From contig JBNRSN020000005.1 in NCBI GenBank assembly GCA_051313645.2, forward strand, positions 248,248,001 through 248,312,000: a stretch of DNA of 64,000 bases, given 5' to 3'. The notes under the pieces were generated by a model. It was not told the DNA's origin and did no database searches. It was given only the letters and a program-made list of their open reading frames with translations. This document shows, one piece after another, positions 13,197 to 25,238 of this stretch (position 1 is its first letter; the number at the start of each line of letters is the position of its first letter). Made by a program: the position numbers and the translations under genes. Source of the stretch: Centroscyllium fabricii (Eukaryota).

Positions 13197-13490
13197 ACAC
13201 ACAGGAACACAGAAGATAGGAGCAGGAGTCGGCCATTCGGCCCGCTCCGCCATTTTTTTTGATGAGATCATGGCTGATCATCCAAACCCAGCACCTCCCT
13301 TCTACCCTCTCCCCATATCCCCCAAAACCCCCAACTCTAAGAATTATATCTCACACAAATATTCATGGGCAATTTTTAGTATCTCCAATTTACCTAACCT
13401 GCATGTCTTTAGGTGGTGGGAGGAAACCGGAGTACCCAGAGGAAACCCACACGAACACAGGGAAAACATGCAAACTCCACGCAGAGAGGT
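13197..13490 (-). mobile_element. HE1-like SINE variant, 5'-truncated
   Basis: V-domain core (GGAGGAAACCGGAGTACCC on +) and CR1-type tail. Similar to 55350-55685. Confidence 0.8.
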
Positions 13491-13650
13491 CACTAGGAAC
13501 TTATTAAGGCCAATAGGAACTTATTGCTTAAAGGGGGGAAACAGCTAGGTTTGTTCCTTGATCATTTCTGAACGCAAATGTTCATGGCGGATTTCTAAAC
13601 GTTTGCGATTTTGTCAACTGGGTTTTTGCATTTTTCCCTGGATTTTTTGT

Positions 13651-14049
13651 ACAGAAACATAGAAACATAGAAGATAGGAGCAGGAGTAGGCCATTCGGCC
13701 CTTCGAGCCTGCTCCGCCATTCAATGAGATCATGGCTGATCATCCAAACCCCGCACCCTGTCCCTGCCTTGTCCCCATATCCCTCTCGAGCCTGCACTGA
13801 CACACATCCCACCCTATCCCCGTAACCCCACATATTCAATCCCCCTAACACTAAGGGTCAATTTATCCTGGCCAATCAACCTAACCTGCACATCTTTGGA
13901 CTGTGGGAGGAAACCGGAGCACCCGGAGGAAACCCACGCAGACACGGGGAGAATGTGCAAACTCCACGCAGATAGTCACCCGAGGCTGGATTTGAACCCG
14001 GGTCTCTAGTGCTGTAAGGCAACAGTGCTAACCACTATGCCACCGTGCC
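13651..14049 (-). mobile_element. HE1-like tRNA-derived V-SINE (long CR1 tail)
   Basis: A box TGGCATAGTGG, B box GGTTCAAATCC, core GGGTTTCCTCCGGGTGCTCCGG, (CTATGTTT)n tail. Confidence 0.9.
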
Positions 14050-14689
14050 GGCATTTTTGATAGCTCCAATTAATAGGCCCGTATTTTCTGATCGGAGGTT
14101 TCCTGTGTGTGGATGCCTCCGATCTGGAAAAAATCTACGCTCCTGGGCCTCTCCTGGTGTGCGTGCACAGAGGCCCAAGTATCCCAGGAGCGCAAGCATC
14201 CCTGGGGTCACGCGGGTCATGGGGAACCAATAGAAAAGGGAATTCCCCTTCTCACTTTTGATAGGTCTTTCAGATCCGTCAAAGGTATGAGTGGGGATCA
14301 CTCAAAAAACACATCAAAACATTAAATAATTGTTTTTAAATCACATTTTTAAAATTAGAAAAAATTACATTAAATTTAAAATTTTAAACAAAAATTTAAT
14401 TTTTTGAAGAAAAATAATTACAGGGCTTAAAATAAACTTACCTTTTTTAAAGTATTTTTAAATTATAAAGGAGTGAATTTAAAAAGAAACTTTGTTTAAA
14501 CTCTTATGCTGGTGAAAGCAGGCCTTACGCAACTTTTACCAAGCGTAAGATTTTTAAGTGATTACAGCAGGCGGCGGTTGTGCAGAAAGCGGAACTCTCC
14601 GCCCGCAGAGGCCCTTCTCCAGGGCAGGCGGATGATCTGTCAAGAGGATTCTTGACAGATCAGAAGTGCTGGTTTTCAGCGCATGTGTT

Positions 14690-15288
14690 TGATGCACAAT
14701 CAGTTACAACCAGTCGATGGTTGGATGCAACCAAGGCTTTTATTAGCTTAGAACTGTTACTACAGGTCTAGGCGATCTTCATGGTTAAAGTGAAAGCGAA
14801 AGAGTGTGCATGCAGATTTATACCCAGGTACGTGAGTGGAGCCTGGAAGGGAAGCTGAGGAGCTGAGTCCTCCCAGACAAGAAGTCACAAACTATATACA
14901 GGCACTGTAATTACAAGGAGGAGACACAATGGGGAGACATTATACAATATATGCAATATGGTGGTGATGCACAATCAATTGCACTCGAGACGAGGTTAGG
15001 AATGTAACTGAGGCTTTTATTACCTAAAGAAGTGGAGTACAGGTTGCCGATCCCGAAATGCCACACGGTCAGCCGTGCTGCTACTTTTATATGGTAGTCT
15101 GTGGGTGGAGTCAGCCGAGTCCTCCCAGATGGATATCAAGTGGACAAGAGGCAACCTATACTCCCAGTGTAGTTAAATATATACAGTGCAATACCATGGT
15201 TCACCACCGTAACTATATACAATGTTAAGCCATATAGAGATGTCCCATACAATGTGATACAGTGGTTCACCACAGGTGGTTTACCACA
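14690..15288 (-). mobile_element. Solo LTR of Gypsy family B type (outer)
   Basis: Minus strand TGTGGTAAA...TGCATCA. GTGTT TSD at 14685-89 and 15289-93. Confidence 0.85.
14965..15274 (-). mobile_element. Solo LTR of Gypsy family B type nested in the previous LTR
   Basis: Minus strand TGTGGTGAACC...TGCATCA. GGTGG TSD at 14960-64 and 15275-79. Confidence 0.87.
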
Positions 15289-15725
15289 GTGTTTCACACG
15301 CCTGAAACTGGCACTTGCGAGACCCCTAGAGGTGTGCACACAGCTCGTACACACCCATAGGGATCAGAAAATACACGCCAGTATGTGGGAATTCCTTGGC
15401 TATTCCTCTCTTGTGTAATTTGGAGGAGCATGGAAGGAGGGAGGTGTTGCCATTTTACATTTACAGAGGAGAACTATCCTTACCAAGGCAGTAGTGTGTA
15501 CAGACCGCGGCATCTGGGAATGTCTGAGCAAAACTTCCTCGACAGGCTCGACTTCACTAAGGAGGCAGTGATGCAATGGAGCTCCCAACGCTTCCAAGCC
15601 AATGGGGAATCAAGGTTACCACAGCAATGAACTTTTATCTCAGGCTAATTCCAAGCACCACAGGAAACATAAATCAATCTGCAGCACACAATTGCATCAA
15701 GCAGGTCACTGATGCATTTTTCACT

Positions 15726-16265
15726 AGGGATATATTTGAGAAAGGGTATACTTGCTCTTGAGGCAATTCAGAGAAGATTCACTCGGTTGATTCCAGAGAT
15801 GAGGGGGTTGACTTATGAGGAAAGGTTGAGTAGGTTGGGCCTCTACTCATTGGAGTTCAGAAGAATGAGAGGCGATCTTATCGAATCATATAAGATTGTG
15901 AGGGGGCTTGATCGGGTGGATGCGGTGAGGATGTTTCCACTGATGGGTGAGACTAGAACTAGGGGGCATAATCTTAGAATAAGGGGCCGCCCTTTCAAAA
16001 CTGAGAAGAGGAGGAATTTCTTCACTCAGAGGCTGGTGAGTCTGTGGAATTTGCTGCCTCAGCGAGCTGTGGAAGCTGGTTCATTAAATAAATTTAAATC
16101 GGAAATAGACAGCTTCCTAGCTGATAAGGGAATAAGGGGTTACGGGGAATGGGTAGGGAAGTGGACTTGAATCTAAGTTCGGATCAGCCATGAACCTATT
16201 GAATGGCGGAGCAGGCACGAGGGGCCGTATGGCCTACTCCTGCTCCTACTTCTTATGTTCTTATG
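15726..16265 (+). mobile_element. CR1 3' fragment
   Basis: QRRFTRLIP...LYSLEFRRMRGDLIE, followed by the 3' UTR and tail. Confidence 0.9.
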
Positions 16266-17647
16266 AAACACATTCGGCACTTTCCCTCTAAACAATCGCC
16301 AGCATATTGGAAGGCCCCTCCCATTTTCCCACATCAAATGATTCTCCAAAATCATGGCTGTTTAGATGGCACATCTGGAATTATCCAGGTCCCTGTACAC
16401 AACCCAATGGCTCACATAAACTGCATGATGTTCCACTCCATCAATGATCAAGGGGTCAGTGATGAGCAAAACAGAAACATGTAAGTGAATACCCATTTCC
16501 CCAAAAGCAGTGCTGATGCATTCAGTTTAAGATAGCCCTCTGTGCCCAGATTATTCAAAGGAGAAGACAGGCTGTGAGGATGACTCCTAGGGGACCAAGG
16601 CTACCTTCTTTAAGCCTGACTCATTATATATTTGAGATGTCATAAACAGCAGCTGAATGAAGATCTAACCATGCCCATGCAGCTACCAGGTTCATTCTTG
16701 AATGCATGATGGGCATCTTGAAGCAGTGATTCAGATAACTGGTTAGATCAAGGAAGGGATATTTTACAACACAGCCCTGTCAGGTCTTATTGCATTACGT
16801 TAGGTTGAGGAGGAGGAGAAGGCCCATCCCCAGCTAAAGGTAAAGTAAGACCTTAATAATTAGCTGGGAGATTTCTCTGCTGAAATATTTTTGCAGGCAG
16901 CGAGAGTTATATGCTAGGCTATCACAGCATAAACTGAGTGACACAACTGGCTAATCCATTAACAACATTCTCCAGATGTGCACATTGCAGTCACCCAATA
17001 GACCTTCATGAACGTTATCTTTTGCACTAAATCAACTACCATTGATGCGGTTCTGTGATCTGTTAATATCTTACTCGACACCATAAAAAGAAAAGTCTCT
17101 AGGCACGGTGCGACCACATTTAATTCCCTAAAAATTATGTGGTTATGTGGCTAATATTTCTACCCCAGTGCCTTCCTTTGGCGACAGTGTATACTTTATG
17201 TGCTGTCGTACATAGCCATATTGCTCCTGTTTGGTGCTTCTCCCAGTGAGCAAAGTAAGAGAGGTGGTTGGCTGCTGTGTGTCAGTGAGAGCCTCTTGAG
17301 ATTGAAATTGCCCGACACCTTCTTGTACTGGGTCATGAGATGGCACTGCAACTGCTTGTACCAGATTAGCTGCTGCCCTTTGTTTGGCACAGGTATTGTC
17401 ATTTGAATGGGAGGCTAGATGGTTTGGATCTAGTTTTCTGCTGAGAGGCAGCAGCCCCTAATCTATGCTCCAATCATGCCCTAGCTCCTGAGCACTGCCT
17501 GTGCATGCTCACGCTGATCTATGTGGGGCGAGACCTCTGTCCATCAATGAGACAGTGAAGTCCTACCAAATGGATCTGTCCTGCATGTTGAAGCTAAGCA
17601 GAATATTTGATCTGAACTCCCTCATAGAAGGAGTGTAAGCATCCACA

Positions 17648-18056
17648 AGAAACATAGAAACATAGAAACTAGGAGCAGGAGTAGGCCATTCGGCCCTTCG
17701 AGCCTGCTCCTCTATTAAATGACATCATGGCTGATCATCCAAACTCAGTACGCTGCCCCTGCCCTCTCCCCATATCCCTCGATCCCTATCGAGCCTGCAC
17801 CGACACATATCCCTGCCTACCCCCGTAACCCCACATATTCAATCTCCCTAACACTAAGGGTCAATTTATTATGGCCAATCAACCTAACCCACACATCTTT
17901 GGACTGTGGGAGGAAACCGGAGCACCCGGAGGAAACCCACGCAGACACGGGGAGAATGTGCAAACTCCACACGGATAGTCACCCGAGGCTGGATTTGAAC
18001 CCGGGTCTCCAGTGCTGTGAGACAACAGTGCTAACCATTATGCCACCGTGCTGCCC
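17648..18056 (-). mobile_element. HE1-like SINE (long CR1 tail)
   Basis: Same A/B boxes, core and tail as 13651-14049. Confidence 0.9.
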
Positions 18057-18901
18057 AAGAGATTTTCCTACAGAATGAAAGGACCTCTGTCACTGAGGGC
18101 TCTGATTCAGATGCCCCTGGTGTTGCCATTTCCTTCATGGCGGACTGTCTATCAATGTGTTGTAAATGATTGAACAGATGTGGTTTGTGGACTCCCCTAG
18201 AGTCACTGCCACACTTCACAGGGTGCTTGGCACACTCTCCAATGACAGTAAAAAGCAAGGGTTTTCAGGGAATGTTCTTTTCAAACACAGGTTCTTTGAG
18301 ATCCAAATTCCAGGGCTTTGCAGCTGAGGAAAGACACAAACTGGCCCTCCAACAGTAGGTTCCTGTTCCTCCTCTCTCACCACCTCATGCTCTTGTCCAC
18401 TCACATTCTATAATTTACACAATGTGTGTTCCTCAAACTGACCAACTAAATGCCCGGTGGTGAATGTACCTGTGCTGGTGCTTGTTACAGATGGAGTTCT
18501 TGAAGATGCTGGGTTGCTGGCCATCTGGGGCAGGTGGGCTGGTTCTTCTGGGATGCCTACAGAAACAGAAGAGGAGTATGTTAGAATGCAGGCTGAAAGA
18601 CACACCTCCAAACAGAGCTTATATAGCTAGAGTGTGTGCCATGGTAACATGTTGGAATACACGTGATGTGAATGAGTGAGTAAGAGGAGAAAGAATAGGT
18701 GGAATGGAATGGAATGGAATGGTACTCAGCTTCAGCACCAGGAGTGAAAAATATCCCCTATGATTGCAATGCATAAATCCACACTGGTGCAGTCTGTGTT
18801 CCTCTGAGATTTGTACTTGAGGTACATTTGACGAGACTTGTCTCCAATGGGAGTAATTTTAACCTGTGAGCAAAGTGAGAAAATTCAAAGTATGAGTCCT
18901 T

Positions 18902-19658
18902 GGGGGTAAAATTCGGTCGCGCACATTTCTTGGCGGTAGCCTTGGCGCAGCGCTACTTTTAGCGCCTACCTGCCGCCGTTACCGCTGATATTCGGGTGTA
19001 GCGCCCATAGTAGGAGGTCGGGCGCCACTACAGACGCCCGACCTTGTTCTTTAGGCGCTACAGCCGAAGTTCCGGTGAAAGCGACAGGCAGCACAGAGTG
19101 CCGCGCCGCGGTACTGCAGGCCTTCCTCCCCGATCAAAGGGGAGGGGCCTAGCGCGGTTTCGGCCGGAGCCCCGCAGGGCCGCCGTGGGACGCCATGACG
19201 CCGAAGGAGCCCGGCACTCGAGGGACGTGCTGGGCTCAGTGAGCAGAGGCAGCACACATGGGGGGGGGGGCAGCGTGGGAGGCTGGGGGCGGCAGAGGGG
19301 GAAGGTGCTGACAGTCGGTCAGCAACAAAAATGGCTGCCCGGCACTGTCTCCTTTAAGCAGCGCTCCCCCGCTGCAGTTACGGCAGGATGAAGCTGTCGC
19401 GGGCAGCGTCCGCCCGAAAACTCAGCGGACGCTACTCAATTTCGCTCCCAGGCACCAGAGTGGCGCTGTGCGCTCTTATGACGTCATCCCCGGCGGCGAA
19501 CAGTGCCTGATATTCAGCAGGGCGCTAACGGCTACCGCCCACGTCAGCGCCCCACTGAATATCGCGGGAGGTGGCAGCGCAGGCGCTAAGTGTCTTGCGC
19601 TCCACTAGCGCCCTCTTAGGGTGCTAACGGCAGGCGCAAGCCACCGAATTTCTAGCCC
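18902..19658. mobile_element. PIF/Harbinger-type GC-rich MITE
   Basis: TIRs GGGGGTAAAATTCGGT / ACCGAATTTCTAGCCC. Close copy of 8232-8992. Confidence 0.85.
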
Positions 19659-19889
19659 TCTTCTGTGAATTACTTCGTGAAAGGTGCTATATGAATGCAA
19701 GTTGTTAACAGGCTATTGAGTTCAGTTTCCACTAATAGTGGATAAAACCTTGAACACTTTCACCTAATGTGTATAGTTTCATTGTCTTGTACTGTATTAC
19801 ATACATTTTCAACTTCTAGAATGTACTTAACATTAATTATGTAATATTTCATTCTTATAGAAATGGCTAAATATGCATGGTCTTTTTTT

Positions 19890-20366
19890 AAAAATTAATT
19901 GATGGAATGTGGGCGTCGCTGGCTGGCTACGCCTGCATTTAGTGCCCATCCCTAATTGCCCTTGAGAAGATGGTGCCTTCTTGAACCGCTGCAGTCCATA
20001 TGGTGTAGGTACACCCACAATGTTGCGTAGCGGTTGTTTACAACTGAGTGGCTTGCTGGGCCATTTCAGAGGGCATTAAGAGTCAACCACATTGCTGTAG
20101 GTCTGGAGTCACATGTAGGCCAGACCAGGTAAGGACGGCAGATTTCCTTCCCTAAAGGACATTAGTGAACCAGATGGGTTTTTGCAACAATCGACAATGG
20201 TATCATGGTCGCCATTACTAAGACTAACAATTAATTCCAGAATTAAATTGAATTGAATTTAAATTCCACCAGCTGCCGTGGTGGGATTTGAACCCATATC
20301 TCAGAGAATTTGACTGAGCCTCTGGCTTACTAGCCTAGTGACATAACCACTACGCCACCGCCTCAC
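19890..20366 (-). mobile_element. tRNA-derived SINE (second family)
   Basis: Minus strand starts GAGGCGGTGGCGTAGTGG (A box) and includes GGTTCAAATCCC (B box). The body differs from HE1. Confidence 0.7.
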
Positions 20367-20514
20367 TCACAGCATACGTAAAGGTACTGCTTATGGAAAT
20401 TACCTTAAGTATTGGGAGAAAGCTAATAAAAACTAAAATCCAATAATAGAATCATAGAATCATAGAAATTTTACAGTGCGGATAAGGGCCATTCGGCCCT
20501 TATCCGCACTGAAT

Positions 20515-20765
20515 TTAGGAGTACCTTCACGCAGAGAGTAGTTGGAATGTGGAACTTGCTACCACATGGAGTTAGTGAGGCGAATAGCATAGATGTATTT
20601 AAGGGGAAGCGAGGTAAGTGTATAATGGAGAAAGGAATAGAAGGATATGTTGATAGAATCAGGTGAAGTAGGGTGGGTGGAGGCACGTGTGGATCATTAG
20701 TATCGGCATAGACCAGTTGGGGCCAAATGGCCTGTTTCTGTGCTGTAATTTCTATGTAATTCTAG
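20515..20765 (+). mobile_element. Old CR1 3' end fragment
   Basis: CTTCACGCAGAGAGTAG...GGGCCAAATGGCCTGTTTCTGTGCTGT and tail. Confidence 0.75.
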
Positions 20766-22084
20766 TCTGAGTCCCAAATTCTTCACTCGTATCTGTGCAC
20801 AAGGGACAATTTCCTAGTAGAGCCCCCCCACCAAAACAGCCCAAACTACACAAAGCATTGCTCCCACAGATGCAGCTTCAGTGGCAGATGGAGATTGTAA
20901 ACCACCCTCAATCCCAAAAGATTCCCTTACAAATCTTGCACTCAGCTAGAATATTGCCCAGTAAAGCACGATGGGGCCTCTTTTCCTGCAATCCATCAAC
21001 AAGACAGCATAATAAGCTCAACATCAGCAATGTATTTTAGTTCTATTAGATCTTCCCTTGTGAGATATACATAATGTCAGCTTTTATTACAAATCTCATA
21101 ATTCTAACACTCAAAATGAGAAAGGAATTGTAAACTGCCGAAACGGCCATGCTTTAAGCATGTTTTTCTCTTTAACAATAGGATTGTCATCAAACTTGAT
21201 TAAATTAAATGTCAAATATGCTGCTTTGCCTCATGACTTCAACATAATCTCTTTTCATATTTCCCAAATAGTAAAATACAATATGACAGGAAAATAACTG
21301 CTATAGATGGATGAAGTGGGCCTTTTTTAATAAATATTAGGACTGAAGTAGAATTTGCAGTCAAATTATCAGTGTTTCACTGGTGCTGATACCGTGTAGC
21401 CTTTTTAACTGCACTGTAGTAGATTTTACCAACACGCTCCACTATTGATTCTTAGGTCAAAGCAAGCTCCTATCTTAAATAATCCTTCGTCGAAAGAACC
21501 TTGCTGCATTCTAATTGATGCATTTCACATTGATAATGTGTGAAACACTCTTATAATTGTGTTTCCTGGCGATGATATTATATTTTATTTATTATCATTA
21601 TTATTTTGGAATCTGTCACTAGTACGATTTTGACTTAAAATGCATTGAAAGCAATATTATAGCTCAACCATTTCTCAAGTTGTTCATTTTCATTTACTTT
21701 TATTCTGCTTAACTTAGACTTGCTAACAAAAATTGGATTTATTCCATTTTGAGGGCCAATTGCCAACTACACAATAATACAAGGTTTTGTAGATGCATTT
21801 GAATTGGGATTTTCTTACTTTTTGAAGGACAATTGCATATATAATTCATTGTAATATGTGCGCTCCACAATGGATGAGTGAAACGTTCACCAATTCTACC
21901 GGTTAAGTTGAAATTTAGCTGTTTGAAATGTATGAAAGAAGCAATACCACAGGCACGTCCTGATTGGCTAATTTTCTGTCCTCCTTGCTAATGACATCAT
22001 GGTTGAAACTTTGACCCTCGGTGAGGGTGTAAAACAGGAGGTAGTGGATAATTGAAGTCAATGCAAAGGAAAATTGGATGCGGT

Positions 22085-22259
22085 CAATGATCCCTGTAAG
22101 CTGCGCAGTGTTCTGCGTGGCCTGTATCTTTAAATGCGCGGTCCCTTTAAATTTCTGGGCATGCACGGTCTTTACAATGCAAAAGCCGGTGAGAGGCCTA
22201 CGCGGGACCTTTTAGATTACTGCGCGGCTGCGTGCGTGCACACCTTAGCGGGAACATTG
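22085..22259. mobile_element. hAT-type MITE
   Basis: TIRs CAATGATCCCTGTAAG / CTTAGCGGGAACATTG. Degenerate 8-bp TSD GATGCGGT / GATGTAGT. Confidence 0.7.
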
Positions 22260-22500
22260 GATGTAGTGTGTAACTGGCGGCCGATCCACCCCCACCAAAG
22301 TTCAAAGGTCCACCCAATGTTTCATAAAAATCACCCAAACACAAATTCTGCTTAATCACCATTATGATTGGCAGCCTATTAAAAATGGGTTCTTAACTGT
22401 TTCTTTATAAACATTAAATACGTTCCCATTTATTTTAACCAATTAACTTCAATAACATCTATGTTTTATGTACAATATTTATTGAGACTTCAAACATGCA

Positions 22501-23228
22501 GGGGGAAAAATTGGGTTGCTTGTGCCAGCCGTTAGCATCCAAAGAGGGCTGCTAATGGGGAGCAAGGCACTTAGCGCCTGGGCTGGCGCCTCCCGTGATA
22601 TTCAGCGGGGTGCTGGCAGCGGCGGCAGCCTTTAGCGGCCCGTGGCGCTGCGGTGCCGGCGATTACATCATCACCATGCGCAGCATCTCACTCGTGCCCC
22701 GGCTGCGAACTTCAGTCGCGCCCCCTGACTTAGCGCCGGACGCTGTCTCCGACAGGGTCAGGGGGGGCGCAGTTGCAGCTGGGCAGCGCTATTTAAAGGG
22801 GGGGTGCCGGGCGGCCATTTTTCTTTCTGGCCACCTGCCAGCACCTGCCCCCTCTGCTGTCCCTGGCCTTCCCCGATGCCCCTCCGCAGTGAGCCCGGCA
22901 CTTCCCTTGAGTGCTGGGCTCCTTTGTCGGCACTTCGATCCCCGGCGGTCCAGTGGGGTTCCGGGCTGCGCCAGGCCACTCCCCTTTAAGAAGGGGAGGG
23001 AGGCCTGCGGTACCGCGGCACGGCGTGCTGCAGAGCGTGGCACAGCGACAGACAGTGGCCCGAAATTCAGTTGTTGCGCCCATTGAACGAGGTGCGGCGC
23101 CTGCAGTAGCGCTCCACCTCCTACTTGGGGCGTTAAAACCCAATGTAAGGCGGAACAGCGCTAACTTTTTCGGGGCGCTACTTTCCGAGGTTAGCATCCC
23201 AGACGAGGCGCAACCCAATTTGTCCCCC
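22501..23228. mobile_element. PIF/Harbinger-type GC-rich MITE
   Basis: TIRs GGGGGAAAAATTGGG / CCCAATTTGTCCCCC, GCA TSD on both sides. Related to 8232-8992, in opposite orientation. Confidence 0.85.
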
Positions 23229-23484
23229 GCAATTTTTCATATTTGACTTGTGCCTATGGTTCTTCACAAAGATAAATAGTGTTTGTGTGTGTGTATATAT
23301 ATAATATACGTGATGGGGAGGTGCCGGTGTTGGACTGGGTTCGACAAATGTAAGAAGTCACACAACACCAGGTTATAGTCCAACTATAATATGTGTGTGT
23401 TTTCTTCCATAAGGTATCAGTTAATAAGACTGCTGAACTGACCAACAGATGTGTACTGATTATCATTGTTTTGATTTGTTTCAG

Positions 23485-23709
23485 GCAACAGATGCTGACC
23501 TTGGTCCAAATGCAACTTATCGTATAAGAACTGAGGAGGCCAGACAGCTATTTTCTGTCAATCAGTGGACAGGAGAATTGTCAATTTTAGAGTCTGTGGA
23601 TTATGAAACTCTATCTACTGCAGATGCAAGTTACATTTTTGTAGTCGAGGCACTGGACAGTGGGGGAAGCATGCCTCCAGGTTTAGCGACTGTTACTGTC
23701 CAAATAAAG
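23485..23709 (+). CDS. PCDH15: Protocadherin-15 internal coding exon (75 aa, part of an extracellular cadherin repeat, ~EC8)
   Basis: Acceptor TTTGTTTCAG|G and donor AAG|GTAAGT, 225 nt, phase 0-0. ATDADLGPNATYRIR...TGELS...DYE...VEALD..GSMPPGLATVTVQIK aligns without gaps to my recalled human PCDH15 AKDVDLGANVSYRIR...GTMPPGIATVTVIVK. Confidence 0.92.
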
Positions 23710-24149
23710 GTAAGTGATGTATGTTGGTTTACCTCAGATCAAAAGTTGCACAGTAAGATGTAAAATTAGTTAACAGTGCATCGATCTAAATGGTACTCAA
23801 ATCGCACTGCCTGATTAAGTTTAAAGAAAAATTCAAACCTTTTTAGAATGCAGTAAATTTAAATCCAATTTATCCACCATATTCTTCTGCAATACTTCCT
23901 AACTCTGCTTATCTAAAAACACAACCTTATTGTTTCCTCGTCTTCAGATATTTATCCAGTTTTCCCTTAAAAGGATTCAATTAGCTCAGCCCAATCAACT
24001 CCCAATTCATTCAATGCTCCAACAGCTCTCTGCATGAAGAAACGTCATTGAACACCAGCAAGGTGCAGTGCCATATTTTAAAAGTACTAGACAGCCTGTC
24101 CTACATCCCAGGATCTTTTAAAACTTTGTATGGAATTTTTTAATGTTAG

Positions 24150-24164
24150 TGTAGCCATGGCTCA

Positions 24165-24197
<33 letters not shown>

Positions 24198-24612
24198 TGT
24201 GGGTTCAAGTCCCACTCCAGAGACCAGAGCACAAAATCTAGGCTGTCATTCCAGCGCAGTGCTGAGGGAGTGCTGCACTGTCAGAGGTGCCATCTTTCGG
24301 GTGAGACGTTAAACCGAGGCCCCATCTGCCCTCACAGGTGGACGTAAAAGATCCCATGGCACTATTTTGAAGAAAAGCAGAGGAGTTCTCCCTGGTGTCC
24401 TGACCAATATTTATCCCTCAACCAACATCACTAAAAAACAGATGATCTGGTCATTATCATATTGCTGTTTGTGGGAGCTTGCTGTGCACAAATTGGCTGC
24501 CGTGTTTCCTACATTTCAACAGTGGCTACACTTCCAAAAGTACTTCTTTGGCTGTAAAGTGCTTTGGGACGTCTTGGAGTTGTGAAAAGCATTTTATAAA
24601 CGGCGCTCTTTG
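24150..24612 (+). mobile_element. SacSINE1/DeuSINE-like tRNA-derived SINE
   Basis: A box TGGCTCAGTGG, B box GGTTCAAGTCC, Deu-like core (CAGTGCTGAGGGAGTGCTGCACTGTC...GTAAAAGATCCCATGGCACTA), L2-like tail. Confidence 0.8.
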
Positions 24613-24769
24613 TTATTTTTTTAATGAGAGAAACCCATCTCCCGCCTGCTGTCTTTCAACATAAAAAATTAGCTCCTTTGACATTAAGCACAATGAAAGC
24701 TACAGTGCAAATCATGTGTACCAGCTGCACATCACAATCTACAAATCCCAGTCTGAAACTAGTACCCTA

Positions 24770-25238
24770 TAGAGGCCTGGCACCGTTAATCTGGACACCG
24801 TTAATCCGGAAACTTCAGTGATCCGGCACGAATCCGGGCCTCTCCCTGACTGGTCTGCGCAAGCACAAGATGGCCGCCGTGCTTGGCTGCGCATGCCCGG
24901 GCCTCTCCCCGACTGGTCTGCGCATGCGCAAAATGGCCGCCGCGCTTGGCTGCACATGCCCGGGCCTCTCCCCGACTGGTCTGTGCATGTGCAAAATGGC
25001 CGCTGCGCTTGGCTGCGCATGCCCAGGACGCTCCCCGACTCCTATTGAGATAGTCCGAACAATTGATGCTTCAGCGAGCGCATGCGCAGACCATTCAAAA
25101 TGGCCGCTGGCGTGCATGGCAGCCATTTTGAATGGTCTGCGCATGCGCTCGCCGAAGCTTCAGTCGTTTGGATTTTTCACTAGTCCGGCATCGGCCTGGT
25201 CCTGACCGTGCCGGATTAATGGTGTCGGACCTGGAGTA
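24770..25238. mobile_element. Probable Tigger/pogo-type MITE with internal 63-bp tandem array and long hairpin
   Basis: Subterminal IRs CACCGTTAATC(T/C)GG / CCGGATTAATGGTG. Ends are degenerate and resemble 36642-37093. Confidence 0.65.

Larger units (their letters stand above)
15430..18830. mobile_element. Heavily decayed PIF/Harbinger element (transposase relics on +, probable Myb-gene relics on -)
   Basis: VYRPRHLGMSEQ, IKVTTAMNF, INQSAAHNCIKQVTDA, GCLDGT and LLGDQGY resemble the transposase at 53735-54876. Boundaries uncertain. Confidence 0.65.

Noticed and set aside
18700-18723. (GGAAT)n as a satellite block
   Set aside because: Only about 4-5 units, so a simple microsatellite.
23449-23763. 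104-aa ORF as a stand-alone gene
   Set aside because: Only the splice-bounded 75 aa are cadherin-like; the flanks are intron read-through.
11026-25040. Tandem repeats (11026-11240, 24835-25040) as CRISPR-like arrays
   Set aside because: No unique spacers, no cas genes, and a vertebrate context.
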